Assembly: GCA_012295275.1 (NCBI GenBank) | Contig: CM022671.1 | Coordinates: forward strand, 16,492,001 to 16,556,000 | Length of the DNA: 64,000 nucleotides | DNA from: Chrysomallon squamiferum | Lineage: Eukaryota > Animalia > Mollusca | Direction: 5' to 3' | Shown here: piece after piece, positions 15,925 through 28,212 of the stretch | How positions within the stretch are numbered: position 1 is the first letter of the stretch | How the letters are laid out: every line of letters starts with the position of its first letter | Position numbers and translations under genes: made by a program | Notes under the pieces: generated by a model | The model's input: only the letters and a program-made list of their open reading frames with translations | Databases searched by the model: none | What the model was told of the DNA's origin: nothing

Positions 15925-18900
15925 CTGAAGTGGAAAATAAACACATGAAAGGAATTAATTATTCAATTCAAACATAATTATATTTACACAATGTTATTCA
16001 CTAACGATGAAGTCAAATTATATTGCTTTAAAATGGCCAGGAGGAAAATAATAACATTTTAATGATATATCTCTGGTTTAGTTTGTAATCAAACTATTTG
16101 TTACTATTCCATACAAAATAGATATATCAGAAAATTTAAACAAATCATAATTTTAAATTATTAACTTTTTTTAATTAATAAATTAGAAAATAAAAATTTA
16201 ACAACATGACAAAATATGTTTCTATAAATATTTTTAGATGACATATAATCAAACTGGACAATCTGGTTATGTTCACTTCCAAACCTAAAGAAAACTCTAA
16301 ATTAAAAACCATCAAACATAAATCACCCCCTAAACAACCCAATTGTACCTTTAAACAACCATCATGTTAATACAGTTTTAATTTATTAATCTGACAAATC
16401 ACTGAATACTGACCATATTCAATGCTTTCTTCTATTGGTAACCTTATTTTTAATAATTTTATCTGCCACAAAATGTTAGGAAAATTCACAATCAGTAGAT
16501 TTAAGAAATATAACATAAGAAATTATAAATGATAAGAAACGTGACACTAACCTGATCAGTGCACTAAGAAGTAAACTACACTGTGGCAATGTGAGACTGT
16601 CTGGAGTGGCAAGATAACTGTCAAACTTGTTCTGAAATTTAATTTTTTTTTATTATTTTTATATTTGATCAAGTCATAATTTACAGTAATATGGCAAGGT
16701 AACTGTCAAACTTGTTCTGAAATTAAAAAAAGAAAAATTATTTTAATAATATTTCATCAGTCATAATTTACAATAATATGAGAGGCATGAAAAGGTAAAT
16801 GTCAAACGTGTTCTGAAATTAAAAAAATATATATATATTAATACTATTTCATCAGTCCTAATTTACAGTAATACAAGACTATTAGACATGACAGGCTAAC
16901 TGTCAGACTTGTTCTGAAATAGAAATATTCTAAAGTTTATTATTTTATCAGTGATAATCTGCTGTTTTAACAACTTCTTAAGGTTTTCATTTTCAGTAAT
17001 TCAATCATGTATTTTAATCATTTAAATAAATAACAACAAATATTTTACAAACACTTAAAAATTAATAAGGTGGATATAAAAAATAATATAATCTGACAAG
17101 GTGATATAAAAATAGTTTCACAGGCCTAAATATTTTGTTAATATCTATAAAATGATTTTATATAATTCTAATATAGAAGAATAAACTCACTCCTATCATG
17201 CTTTTCTATATAAGAATGGAATTTTTACTTTTTTTAATAATGGATATGGATGAAAAAGCTTCAGAGGACAGAGAAATGTAAATGATGAAAACTAATTTAC
17301 CATTCCAGATTTAACAGCCAGAACATCCATTCCACTCAAAGAAGCCAGTGGACCCTGAAAATAATATGTCACATTATCAATTGTTTCAAACAAAACACAG
17401 ATTTAATTTTTACAAGTAAACAAAGAACAATTGTGTAATGTTTTCATACTGAATATTTAAAAAAAGAAATCTAAATGACAAAATAACAAAGTTAAAAAAA
17501 ATAAAAATGTTATTTTTTAAAATATAATAACAAAGACCAATATCCTGTCAAAGTTTTTAACAGCAAGGCCAGTACTGAACTTAAACATACTCAATGTGTT
17601 TAATAAATAATCATATCAAAGCGAAACATATTATGTAACAAACTAAATAAAAGTAAATTATAAGCAAGGAAAATGCTTAACACAAACTGAACTACAGTGG
17701 TATCTGTCTGTTATGAATGCTGAATTTCATTGAACCACATTTTTGTCATAATACACACCTCATTATACTCCTTGCATGAAAACCAACATTTTATAAATAA
17801 AATAATAATAATAATCTTCACCCAGAAAAAAGTTTATTTTAAGTGAACTGGTAAATGGATGCAGAAGGATAATTCATTGTGATTATATTTTTATTATCTG
17901 ACAACTCACCTGACTTGGCTGGTACTGCAGTACTGTGTTATAAATGGTAACCAGACCTGTGCTGTTCAACACAAATGAAGCCTGTTCACTTGTCAAAGTG
18001 TCTACATGAGCATCAATCTGAAAACAACAATGATAATCAACACTTCAGTTGCCAAGTAAACAAAGAAACAATTAAATTTCTCACTCAACACTAACATATA
18101 ATTTTTCCTTATTCAAATCCTTTTTAATTGTTTTTTATTTTCTTAATATGTAAATACCTCTAACACTTTTGTTATTTACTGACGTATAAATGGACAGCAA
18201 GCACAATAAATTAATCCACATTTTCAAAGTTTTAAATGCCCTACACCAGCCTGTGACCATCTGTACCAAAAACTTTTAACAATATATATTTTATAATTAT
18301 CTGCCTTGAAAATATATTCCTATTTACAGATTAATACAAGTTTAATCTGACATAGGTAATGCAAGTTGAATTGTGGTAACAGTTTAAACATCTAAATACA
18401 ATTAAACAGGTTTTAACAAATGACAGTGAATAACTTTTATAAGAAAAATAAATACCTGAGCCTGCAACATCTCCAGTCTGGTGTCAGTAAACTCATAGAG
18501 TGCCAGTGATGACTGCATCAAGTAAATACAGTTTATCATGTGTGCTGCCATGTCCACAGTACTCAGTCGGCTGGCAGAGACAGAACACATCTGTAACATC
18601 GGATCTACCATACAGGACAGTATCTGTATGAAAAAAAAAATATATATAAATATAAAATAATATAAACAATTAACCAATGACTGAATATTTAAATAAATAA
18701 ATAACACATCTGTAACATTAGATATACCAAACAAGATACTAACTGAAGTAAACAAAAACATGAAAAAAAATATATATAAATATAAAATAATCAGTATAAA
18801 CAATTAAACAATGACTGAACATTTAAATAAATAAATAACACATCTGTAACATTGGATCTACCCTACAGTTTCTGAAGAAGAAGAAAAGGAAAATATATAA

Positions 18901-21900
18901 AAATAATATATCAATCAATCAATATTGTATAAATAAATAAATAAATAAATAAAATAAAACAGATAAGAAAAAAATAAAATAATAAAAGCTCCAATCAGTG
19001 GACGCGTATCATTTAAATATTTTTATTATCTATGATTATTAAGTAATCAAATATATGGGATGTTTAAAAATTGACAGGAAACTATAGGCTTCTCAGAAGT
19101 TAGTAATATGAAATTATCCATTTACATTTTTCTCAAAAAACCAAGTCCTATATGGCTTTTGATAAATTGGAATGGAGCTGGAATTGGAATTAGACTAAAT
19201 GATCATAAAGAATGACTGACAGTATAACCTTTGATGTTTAATCACTACAAGACAACCAATTATTGATTGTTTTACAATAATGTAAACAAAAGAAATGTGT
19301 CAGAATTTATAACTAACAATATGTTAAACAGAAGATATAGAAATTATAAAACCATTACTATGGTGCTCGGATATATTTTTGTATATGCTAAAATGAAAGT
19401 TGAGAAAGTTTTATCCAAGTTATTGAATTATGGAACTTTAGATACCTGTTTGAAATCTTGTTTTTTGTCATCAATAGGAACAACAGAAGCATCATGACAA
19501 GCTAACACATCCTTCAACAGCTGTAGACTCTGAATCAGGGAACTTGTTCCTCCCAAATCTGATGGTGGTAATTCCACCTTTAAATCAATTAACAAAAATT
19601 TATTTCTAAAACAATAAGTGATAGAAAAATGAAACTGATTATTTAAAAATAATAATAAAACATAAAAATAAAAGTAATAATAACAACAACAACAACAACA
19701 CAACAACAATAATAATAAACTTTAAATAAAAGGATAGCCTCTCATTAGTTTGATTTAAAAAAAATATTATTATTGTTTTTTGCTCTAAAAATTATTAGAT
19801 TCTGCTTCCAGATTTTCGTTAAAATATAGTTAATTTTTTTTTAAATTAGATCAAAGATTATTGCTATTGAGAGGACACTAACCTTATCTAGTAACTTGTT
19901 TGCATGGCTGGTGAGACTGTTAAAAAACATTCTGTGGCTGAGATCCTGAATTTCTGCTATTGTTGATAACAATGCAGCTTCTTTCACTATAATTTGTCTG
20001 TGAAAAACACACAAAAAACATCTGATCTTCAGAAAATAATTTCACAAACAAATAAATAGTCATTAATATTTTATATTGTTTTGTTCAGAAGATGTGTTGA
20101 GGTCTGTTGTCACTGTGAAGTTATAGCAGTGTAAAATAACATGTTAGAAAGATCTTGTATTACAATAATTAATCAGACATATATATGATAACGACATAGA
20201 AAGATGTTTGATTATTGTAATTAATAAGTCTGAGTAACAAAACAAAAACAAAAATGGCCTACATTTTGCTCGCAACTCTTGTTTATGTGTACAAATTATC
20301 AGCAGTGAAATATCACAAATAATAAAAAATCAGCAATCTCGAAAGTCAAATCTATGACCTAGTTGTAATAAAAAACTTCAGCAAGGTCAGTCAGACTAAC
20401 CAAAAATTTGAAAAATATTTCTTTATTTTTCTTTTTTAAAAATCTTATTTGATATTCTGCTATTTTTATAATAATGATATTACCAGTATTATTACACTGC
20501 TCTTCCCTTCAATGTGGTGATAAAACTCAAGTAGATTGTATAGTTTGTACAGTTACTGTATATTATAATGTTGGTGATTACTCCCCTATAGTGATATGTT
20601 AAAACTCAAGTAGATTGTATAGTTTGTACTGTTACTGTATATTATAATGTTGGTGATTACTCACCCTATAGTGATATGATAAAACTTGAGTAGACTGTAC
20701 AGTTTGTATAGTTACTGTATATTATAATATTGGTGATTACTCACCCTATAGTGTGATGATAAAACTTGAGTAGATTGTTCAGTCTGTACAGAGTTACTGG
20801 ATCTTGTTCTGACAGAAGTACTTGTTCCACTCGAACCTAAACAATAAAAACTAGGAATTAATCTAACTTAAAGACCTTTTAACATCATTAGTATTACACA
20901 ATTTACATATATTCAATGGAATATATATATATATATACATACAAAATAACAATCACAATTCAGCCACAGAAAAGCTTAACATCAATCAATAAATTTAATT
21001 AATTTTAGCTTTACATCCCAAAATGAGTCATATCCATTGTTTAATTTCATTAAGAACAATCACTGATTATAGACATTGTTAAATTTCTATATTTTTCAGA
21101 TAGTTTGTCTTTGTTGGTTTCTGTGACATATATTGCTTTTTCTCTCACATTAAGGAAATTGTTATCTTATTTCTTTCTGTGAGATTAGTTTAAAGTGAAA
21201 ATAAAGATAATAATGTTAATGTCATGGAAATGTACCTTAAATGGTCTGCAAACACCTTCAGTTACATGACCAAGAACATCTTCAATCTGGCTTTCAGTTG
21301 CTTAAAAAATATATATTTCTCTTATATATAAAATCTTATTTATAAAACTGACAAAATAATGAAATTGAAAATATGAAATAATTTAAAGAAAGAGGAATAT
21401 TAATTAAAACATATTGAAGAATGAATTTAGTTAAAGAATGAATTTATTTTCAAACAAAACCATTTTCTCTCTCTTTCTCTCTAAACCCCTGTCTCTCTCT
21501 TGCACACACACACACACACAAATGCACAGAATATTCTTAGTATGGAGAAGTTTATACATTATATCCCATATAACAAAATTATAATAAAGTCCTATTATTT
21601 TCCTTTTTCTTAAGTGAATAACTTCTGTACACATCTAAAAATATTTCTATTTTCTTAAATTAAAAACAACTGGTACCTGAAGTTAATTTAAGCAGATTTT
21701 GAAGATGTTCTTTTTCTGATGCAGATACCTGATGTAACCATGCCAACATATCACCAACATATCTCAAAGGATCATGGGAATGAAGTTCAATTGGCCGAGG
21801 AGTACCTCCAACTCCTGAAACAAAAACAAAAATGTTACTGAAACTTGTTACTGTCATAAAGAACTCTGTTGTTGACTGATTAATATAAATATAAATCAGA

Positions 21901-24900
21901 TATTGCTGGATTTAAAAATTTAATTATATATATATATATATAAATTAATGGAAATAAGGATAATACCTCCTCTAGTTAAGGCATCAATGAAGCCACGGAC
22001 TACAGCACTTCTTCTTGCTGTACCAAATTCATCAAGTGAATATCTGGAAATAGAAAGTATGCATGACTCATTTAAAAATATATTTTACCTGAAATGAACA
22101 TAATTCTCCAATCTAAAACTGTGACTAAGATGATATTTTATTTATAAGTCAAACAGTATCCATGATAAATGTCCAGTGTTTAGAACTTATAATGCTGTTC
22201 AAACTGAAATAATTCTCTATGTCATATTATCATGTATAACCGATAGAAGCAATTAATTTGAAGAAAAAAAACAATATTCAGGTCATCTTTGATTAAAATA
22301 TATAATTTTAGTAAAACAGACATTGCAGATTATTTTAGATATGAAAACTAGTTGATGTATAGTAACATAAAGATGTGACTAGTAGTTGATCTGTAGTAGT
22401 GATACACTTACTTAAAAAGCACAGGTCGATCCTGTAAAGCTTCCATAGCTTGACACAGTAAAACAGGAACATCTATAGAGTCTGCAGTCAATGTCCGACA
22501 TTCATCTAAAATAATAAAAACATGAAAATATGCAACACTTCATTTAGCCAAATTTGGACATTTTTAATTCTGTCTAAAATGTTAACAGTTAACCACACAA
22601 ACCAAATCATACACATAACTTTAAAAAAATAAAATAAAATAAAATGAACATTTTGTTATTCTAAACTGTTTAAACCTCCACAGTAATACTGATAACGACG
22701 ATGATCAATCAAAAATTTAAATTAACTATCTTAAATTCTACCTGGTTTTATTTTTATATCAATTTGATTACAAGTAGAAAAGCAAATTACAAAGATGAAT
22801 GAATGACACTTAGAGATTTAATATTTTAAAGTATGAGTGGATTGCAGAACATTTTATGAAAACTGCTCATCCTAGATTAATTATATTTATAAAAATATTA
22901 ATATTCAGTAATCTTACTTTGAGTCCATCTGTAAAGTCTCTCATAAGAAGACTCCTGATGTAAAGCCATTGACTCCATGATTTCTAGTCTGGAAGTAATA
23001 TAAAAAAAAAAAAATGCTATTTTAAAATATTTTAAACAGTTTTCTTTAGATGTACCTAAAAAAACGTAAAACAAGCAGAAAATTAAAATGGATTATTATA
23101 CTCTATAATAGGATAACAAAACCAAACTAGCAGTCGTTAAACATGCATTGTTTATTGTTTTACATCTTTTTCTTTTTAACCTGTAATAAAAATGTTTTAA
23201 AAACAGAGACTGTATGTGTAATTTATTTAATTTATATGACATGAATGATCAGCATTTTATATTTCATTGAGAATAAGAACACTTCAGTTTCTCTTTGCTT
23301 CTCTGCTGTTTAATTATATGAAAGATTTATAATGTTTTGAAGTCTAGAGGGGGGTTTTAGTTTTGAAAGAGATAAAAATACACTAACCCTGCAGTTTGTT
23401 GATTGGTTCTCAGCAATACTTTGCAGTCACTATGTATCTGCTTTACCCTGGCTAAGGCATTGAAAAAATCCTTTACAAAATACACACAAAAATTACTGAG
23501 TTATTCTGATTAAAGGTAAGCATAAAATGTAACATTCAAAAGTTTATGAATTCTTGGTTTCGTATGCACAAAAAAAAAAAAAAATATTAACTGCAAAATC
23601 TCTGGGAATTAATTCCAAAAAGTAATAACAATTATTTTAAGAATTATTATTATTATAACAAGAATCAATAATTAAAAAGATAACCAAAAATATGTTAAGA
23701 TCAATGACAAACTAATGCGTCTTAGTAATAAGAATATAAAATATTTTAATTCTTACTCACACACAGACATGCACAGGGATAGAGAGACACACACAAATAT
23801 TCACAAACACATACACACAATTACTTTTACTGAAAAATACAAATACCTTGTGCAGCTGTCCATCTCGAGTTCCTCGTAGTATTTTGATTTCCTCAGGTTT
23901 TAGTTGAACTTGGATAGAAATGCATCTGCCACTTGAACTTTCATCTGTAACTTTTGTCTGCAATCAAAACTTCATGCTTAAACATTCTTCAGTTTAACAA
24001 AATTGATTTTATTACAGTCTGTATCACAATATGGTTAGGAAATATTTTAATATGAAGAATAATTAATTACCTCTGTAATCCAGAAAATTAGACTTGGAAA
24101 TAAATTAATTAAATGGAAATACTGGGTGAAAATATATATATTTGGAAACTAATTAATTAGGTAGGAAATGCTTGGTTCAAAATCTTTATTTTAAAAAAAA
24201 AAAAAAAAAAATGAGGACAGTTATTTGGAAGATTATTAAAATTAAAACAAACCGTTCTGCATGTAGTTTTGTTGTTTGACTGATGAGATCATGAGTCTGA
24301 TCCTTGGCTGCCTAAAATAAAATGAATCTGAGTGAAAAGTAATTCAAAATAATTTTTAACAATAAAAATAAAAATAAAATCATGTCACAATGATGTACCA
24401 ACATTTAAATTATAAAAAAAAGACACTATCCTTACCATTAGTAAACATCCTGGATAGATTCCTTACTAATCAGTTAGTGTTAATTGAACAAATTTAAGCA
24501 GATGAAGATATTTTATATAAACTAACTAAGCTGATAATCTGAACACACTAAATGAAAAGACATTTTTACCTTAAGTCTGCTAGTCATATCTTGACAACAG
24601 TCATTCATTGCCTTCACGTTACCATACACACAGTCCAATTGCTATATAAACAAATGTGAAACACCAACAATTTAATAAAATAAAATCATAACAGTTTGAA
24701 TACGGCTATTTAACACATTAATAAATAAATAAAAATAACTATATTCTATATATGTTATACATACACACACAGAAACACACACAAACACAGTCACACACAC
24801 ACACAAAATCACACTGTTAATATGTCATCATCAACTCTGCCTTTAATAATTAGCACACAGCAAATTTAATGCATTGAAATTAAATTTTAAAATCTTGCAA

Positions 24901-25363
24901 TCACAGCTTTATGGATATCATATACAAAGTAAATACTGAAATTAAAACCTCCTTAAATAAGTAAACTGATGCAATTGACACTGAGCAGGGTAAAATGTGA
25001 TATGAAATTGCTGCAAGACACCTTTCAAAATGCAAACATACTTCTTTAACTGACTGGAAAGCAGAAAGGAATTCTTCATTAATAGCCAAGCTTCTTTTTT
25101 CAATATCACTTCGAAGGTTTCTCCTGTTACGTAAGTTGTTTTCTTCAAGTAATGTTGATAAATACTTGAGTGCTTCCAGCATATCCTGTCAAAATAAATT
25201 TAATAAATCAAAAATAATTAATTAATAATATGTATATATATGTAGAGAAAATATTCTTTAAAAAATGTTTTTAATATACATCAGATATAATACATTATAC
25301 TTTATTAGTTTATATAAAATATATAAATTATTTTCATTTTAATTAATAACAGATTTAAGAATT

Positions 25364-25394
<31 letters not shown>

Positions 25395-26332
25395 TTCATA
25401 CACACATACCAGGTTGCTAAACAAAGAAAGATAATGTTATATTGTTGCCTCCCTTTATATCATTCTAATAGACTTCTAAGTAATTTGAAATAAAACAGAT
25501 TAAAGATTGTATTTTTAAACATCATTTTATAATACTACATGACATATATATCTCCAGTTGTGAATTAATAATGTAGTACATGTTTAAGGTAATTTTTCAT
25601 TTGTTATCTTAGAATCAGCAACTGTTTCATAATCTGACAAATAAAATGTTGCAAATGATTTTACTTTGCACTGATAAATATATTATAACAAGAATATATA
25701 AAACATAAATTTTAATTAATTTATTTATTTATTTATTTATTTATACCTTATGCTATATACTATAATCTTTTAATAAACACTGGAATGAACAAAACACAGC
25801 ACCCCGAGCAGACTTGATCCAGCGTCCTGTTACTTATCAGGCCCATACGCTACCAAATGACTCAGTATATGTGTGAAAGTTTGCGAATGACTGTGGTAAC
25901 AATCCATTTATACTAATTTGTTGATTTGTTGCAACTTATTCATTGTCAGAAATATTAAATTGAAATTTAATATGCAGATGCGTGTGTTGCGTGTGTTGCG
26001 TATGTGTGCGCATGTATATCCGTGTAATTGTATTTATGTCATATACCATAAGTTTATTTTTTTCATGTAATTATAATTTATATTTATTTTTTGAATTATT
26101 AATATTATCATCATAATTTATTAATTATGGTCCCAACCAGAAAAATTTAATTAATGAACTGAACATTTGTTAAACATTTTAAATTTCAAAATATGTACGA
26201 ATAGCCAAATATTTTATGAAAATTGCAAACCTTGTCATTGTCAAGTCTAGATTCGAGAATCTTGCTCAGTTTCCTTGTAAGTGGGTTGTTCGCTTGTTGT
26301 GTTGACACGTCCGTATTCTCCTTTTCCGCCAT
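15777..26332 (-). CDS. COG6: Conserved oligomeric Golgi complex subunit 6, 19 coding exons (apparent 1-nt deletion in exon 5)
   Basis: Spliced by hand, all introns GT-AG. Exons: 26231-26332, 25042-25185, 24570-24641, 24253-24311, 23847-23957, 23388-23470, 22918-22988, 22412-22505, 21967-22043, 21677-21814, 21236-21300, 20745-20836, 19883-19997, 19446-19577, 18456-18623, 17910-18017, 17301-17354, 16552-16631, 15777-15924. Total 1913 nt, one short of 638 codons. Peptides [71 protein letters not shown] and [11 protein letters not shown] match COG6. Confidence 0.96.
16552..16631 (-). CDS. COG6: COG6 exon 18
   Basis: ttcag|[26 protein letters not shown](R)|gttagt. Confidence 0.92.
16605..16950. 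repeat. 85-101 bp tandem repeat copying the acceptor of COG6 exon 18
   Basis: AACTGTCAAACTTGTTCTGAAAT and close variants occur four times. Confidence 0.9.
17301..17354 (-). CDS. COG6: COG6 exon 17
   Basis: ttcag|[18 protein letters not shown]|gtaaat. Confidence 0.9.
17910..18017 (-). CDS. COG6: COG6 exon 16
   Basis: ttcag|[36 protein letters not shown]|gtgagt. Confidence 0.94.
18456..18623 (-). CDS. COG6: COG6 exon 15
   Basis: tacag|[56 protein letters not shown]|gtattt. Confidence 0.94.
18585..18876. repeat. About 120-135 bp tandem repeat copying the 5' end and acceptor of COG6 exon 15
   Basis: ACATCTGTAACAT.GGATCTACC at 18587, 18706 and 18840, with shared AT-rich spacers. Confidence 0.9.
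19446..19577 (-). CDS. COG6: COG6 exon 14
   Basis: taaag|[44 protein letters not shown]|gtatct. Confidence 0.94.
19883..19997 (-). CDS. COG6: COG6 exon 13
   Basis: cacag|[38 protein letters not shown]|gttagt. Confidence 0.93.
20511..20798. repeat. 80-bp tandem repeat copying the 3' end and donor of COG6 exon 12
   Basis: The unit TAAAACTTGAGTAGATTGT..AGTTTGTACAGTTACTGTATATTATAATGTTGGTGATTACTCACCCTATAGTG occurs about 3.6 times. Confidence 0.92.
20745..20836 (-). CDS. COG6: COG6 exon 12
   Basis: tttag|[30 protein letters not shown](G)|gtgagt. Confidence 0.94.
21236..21300 (-). CDS. COG6: COG6 exon 11
   Basis: ttaag|[21 protein letters not shown]|gtacat. Confidence 0.9.
21677..21814 (-). CDS. 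COG6: COG6 exon 10
   Basis: ttcag|[45 protein letters not shown]|gtacca. Confidence 0.93.
21967..22043 (-). CDS. COG6: COG6 exon 9
   Basis: tccag|[25 protein letters not shown]|gtatta. Confidence 0.94.
22412..22505 (-). CDS. COG6: COG6 exon 8
   Basis: tttag|[30 protein letters not shown]|gtaagt. Confidence 0.94.
22918..22988 (-). CDS. COG6: COG6 exon 7
   Basis: tccag|[23 protein letters not shown]|gtaaga. Confidence 0.94.
23388..23470 (-). CDS. COG6: COG6 exon 6
   Basis: taaag|[27 protein letters not shown](G)|gttagt. Confidence 0.94.
23847..23957 (-). CDS. COG6: COG6 exon 5 (frameshifted as assembled)
   Basis: tgcag|[17 protein letters not shown], then a frame change to [20 protein letters not shown]|gtattt. 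The exon is 111 nt where 3n+1 is required. Confidence 0.88.
24253..24311 (-). CDS. COG6: COG6 exon 4
   Basis: tttag|[19 protein letters not shown](R)|gtttgt, ends in phase 2. Confidence 0.92.
24570..24641 (-). CDS. COG6: COG6 exon 3
   Basis: tatag|[24 protein letters not shown]|gtaaaa. Confidence 0.92.
25042..25185 (-). CDS. COG6: COG6 exon 2
   Basis: gacag|[48 protein letters not shown]|gtatgt. Confidence 0.95.
25795..25868 (-). mobile_element. tRNA-derived SINE head or tRNA pseudogene in COG6 intron 1
   Basis: The minus strand reads TGAGTCATTTGGTAGCG (A-box-like) ... GGATCAAGTC (B-box-like) at tRNA-like spacing. The stems are poorly paired. Confidence 0.5.
26231..26332 (-). CDS. COG6: COG6 exon 1
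   Basis: aagATGGCG start; [34 protein letters not shown]; donor gtttgc. Confidence 0.92.
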
Positions 26333-27138
26333 CTTGTTCAGCGTTAAATAAACCGAATCTAAACAGATTTTCGGACAACACTGTAAATACTGATTCAGGA
26401 TTCATTTATATTATAAATGAATATTCAAGTGCCTTGTAATTAAACAATGTTAGATTATTAAATTAGAAACAGTATGGATGGTACAACATTCATCCGTTTG
26501 GATCCTTTATTATTTATATGAAATAAATAACATAACACATCAAATTTAATTATGAATAAAACATTTATTATTGACTACAAAATGCAATTTTTTTTTTTTT
26601 TTTAGTAAATCGCATTATTTCTTTAAACAAATATTTATATTTAGATATCCAAATTATTTTTTTTTTAAATAATTTTGCAGACATCTGTACAAATTACAGT
26701 TTGTAAATCATTGTCCACCATAAAATAAATACAAAATTAAAACCAGGAAGTGAAATTAATGGTATCAAAAAATTATTTTAATAGTGACTTTCAAACTTTT
26801 TATTTTGTTGCTGTTTTTCCCAAAGATAAAAACTTGTCTGTGATGATGTAGAAACATATTTGTGTGTCTGTCTGTCTGCCTGTCTTCAATTTGTATTTGA
26901 GGTGACATTGCAAAGCTTTACTTTAAACGTCAATTAATCTTCAGTAATAAATAATTATTACATTAATATGTTCACATCAATATTAATTAAAATATAATTA
27001 AAACTGAATTATATAAAATTGGTAATAATAAATTTGAGACCTGTAATAGTACAAAGTCGTGTTGTCTGGAAGACGTGCAATATGTAATTAGTTTTATAAT
27101 AATAATAATAATAATAATAATTATTATTATTATTATTA

Positions 27139-27177
<39 letters not shown>

Positions 27178-27837
27178 TACCTTTTATAATGTTACTGTTT
27201 AAAGAATCATATTGTTTGATTTGTGGTGTAAAAAATCGGTACATTAATTAATATGCGAAATAATTATCAACGTTATTTCAAGCCATACCAAAAGTGTTTA
27301 AACCGATAATTGAAAATAGGGGTGAAAGTTAAATATCTAAATGATCATAATAAGTTTAAGTAATTACTGCATTTCTTCGTCACAAACACCTAAATAAAGC
27401 AGGAACATATAAAGTCTAAATTATATTTTCCCTCTTTATAACAGCACGAACAAAATTTACAAATTTACATTGTTTATTTAGTTAACTTCATAAATACATA
27501 CATGTATGTAAATAAACTGACTGTGTGGGCGGCCTTATGTGTGATATGTATCTAATTATGTAAATATTCAGTTATGTAATAAAATGATGTACATATAAAC
27601 GTGAATGTATTGAGTGTGTGTCTGCATATGAATGTGTTGTATATATATAAGTGTAAGTATGTATTTTAGTGTATGTATACACAGGGGTCTGATTTTGTGG
27701 TCTTGAGATCTAGATTTATAATACGAAAATCCTTATTTGTAAAATATTCACCAGTCGGAAATCTAGTTCTAGTTTGGGTTTTGCTATTTCTAATGCTTAC
27801 CTTGGTTTTACGTTGAGATTTAACATGGGAAAGTATC
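26333..27837. promoter_or_regulatory. Divergent (bidirectional) promoter region of COG6 and EDEM1
   Basis: Start codons point away from each other with 1505 bp between them. CpGs reappear here relative to both gene bodies. ETS-like CCAGGAAGTG at about 26743 and GTCGGAAA at about 27755. Confidence 0.7.
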
Positions 27838-28088
27838 ATGTCATACGCTATTTACGTTTTAATTGTATGTTTGGTACCAATAATCAGTAAAGACTATTTA
27901 TTTGAGAGTTATTGGGATCCATATAATAGTAAATATGGCTATTTTTCTGATAAAGAAAGACTGGAAATGTTACAAGCAGCCAAAAATATGTTTTATTTTG
28001 GTTATGACAACTACATGCAATATGCTTACCCTGAAGATGAGTTAAACCCAATTGACTGCAATGGACGAGGACCTGATGTTGATAATCC
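27838..28088 (+). CDS. EDEM1: EDEM1 exon 1 (coding part)
   Basis: [16 protein letters not shown]...[19 protein letters not shown](P)|gtatgt; in-frame TGA upstream at 27814. Confidence 0.88.
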
Positions 28089-28115
28089 GTATGTTTAATT
28101 AGGACATATTTTCTT

Positions 28116-28212
<97 letters not shown>

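Noticed and set aside
20511-20798. Regularly spaced repeats as a CRISPR array (also 16605-16950, 38605-39015, 45161-45565)
   Set aside because: Eukaryotic intron context and no cas genes. The spacers are either homologous to each other or too long.
25795-25868. Functional tRNA gene
   Set aside because: Acceptor and anticodon stems do not pair and the B box is degenerate. Kept only as a SINE-like or tRNA-pseudogene fragment.
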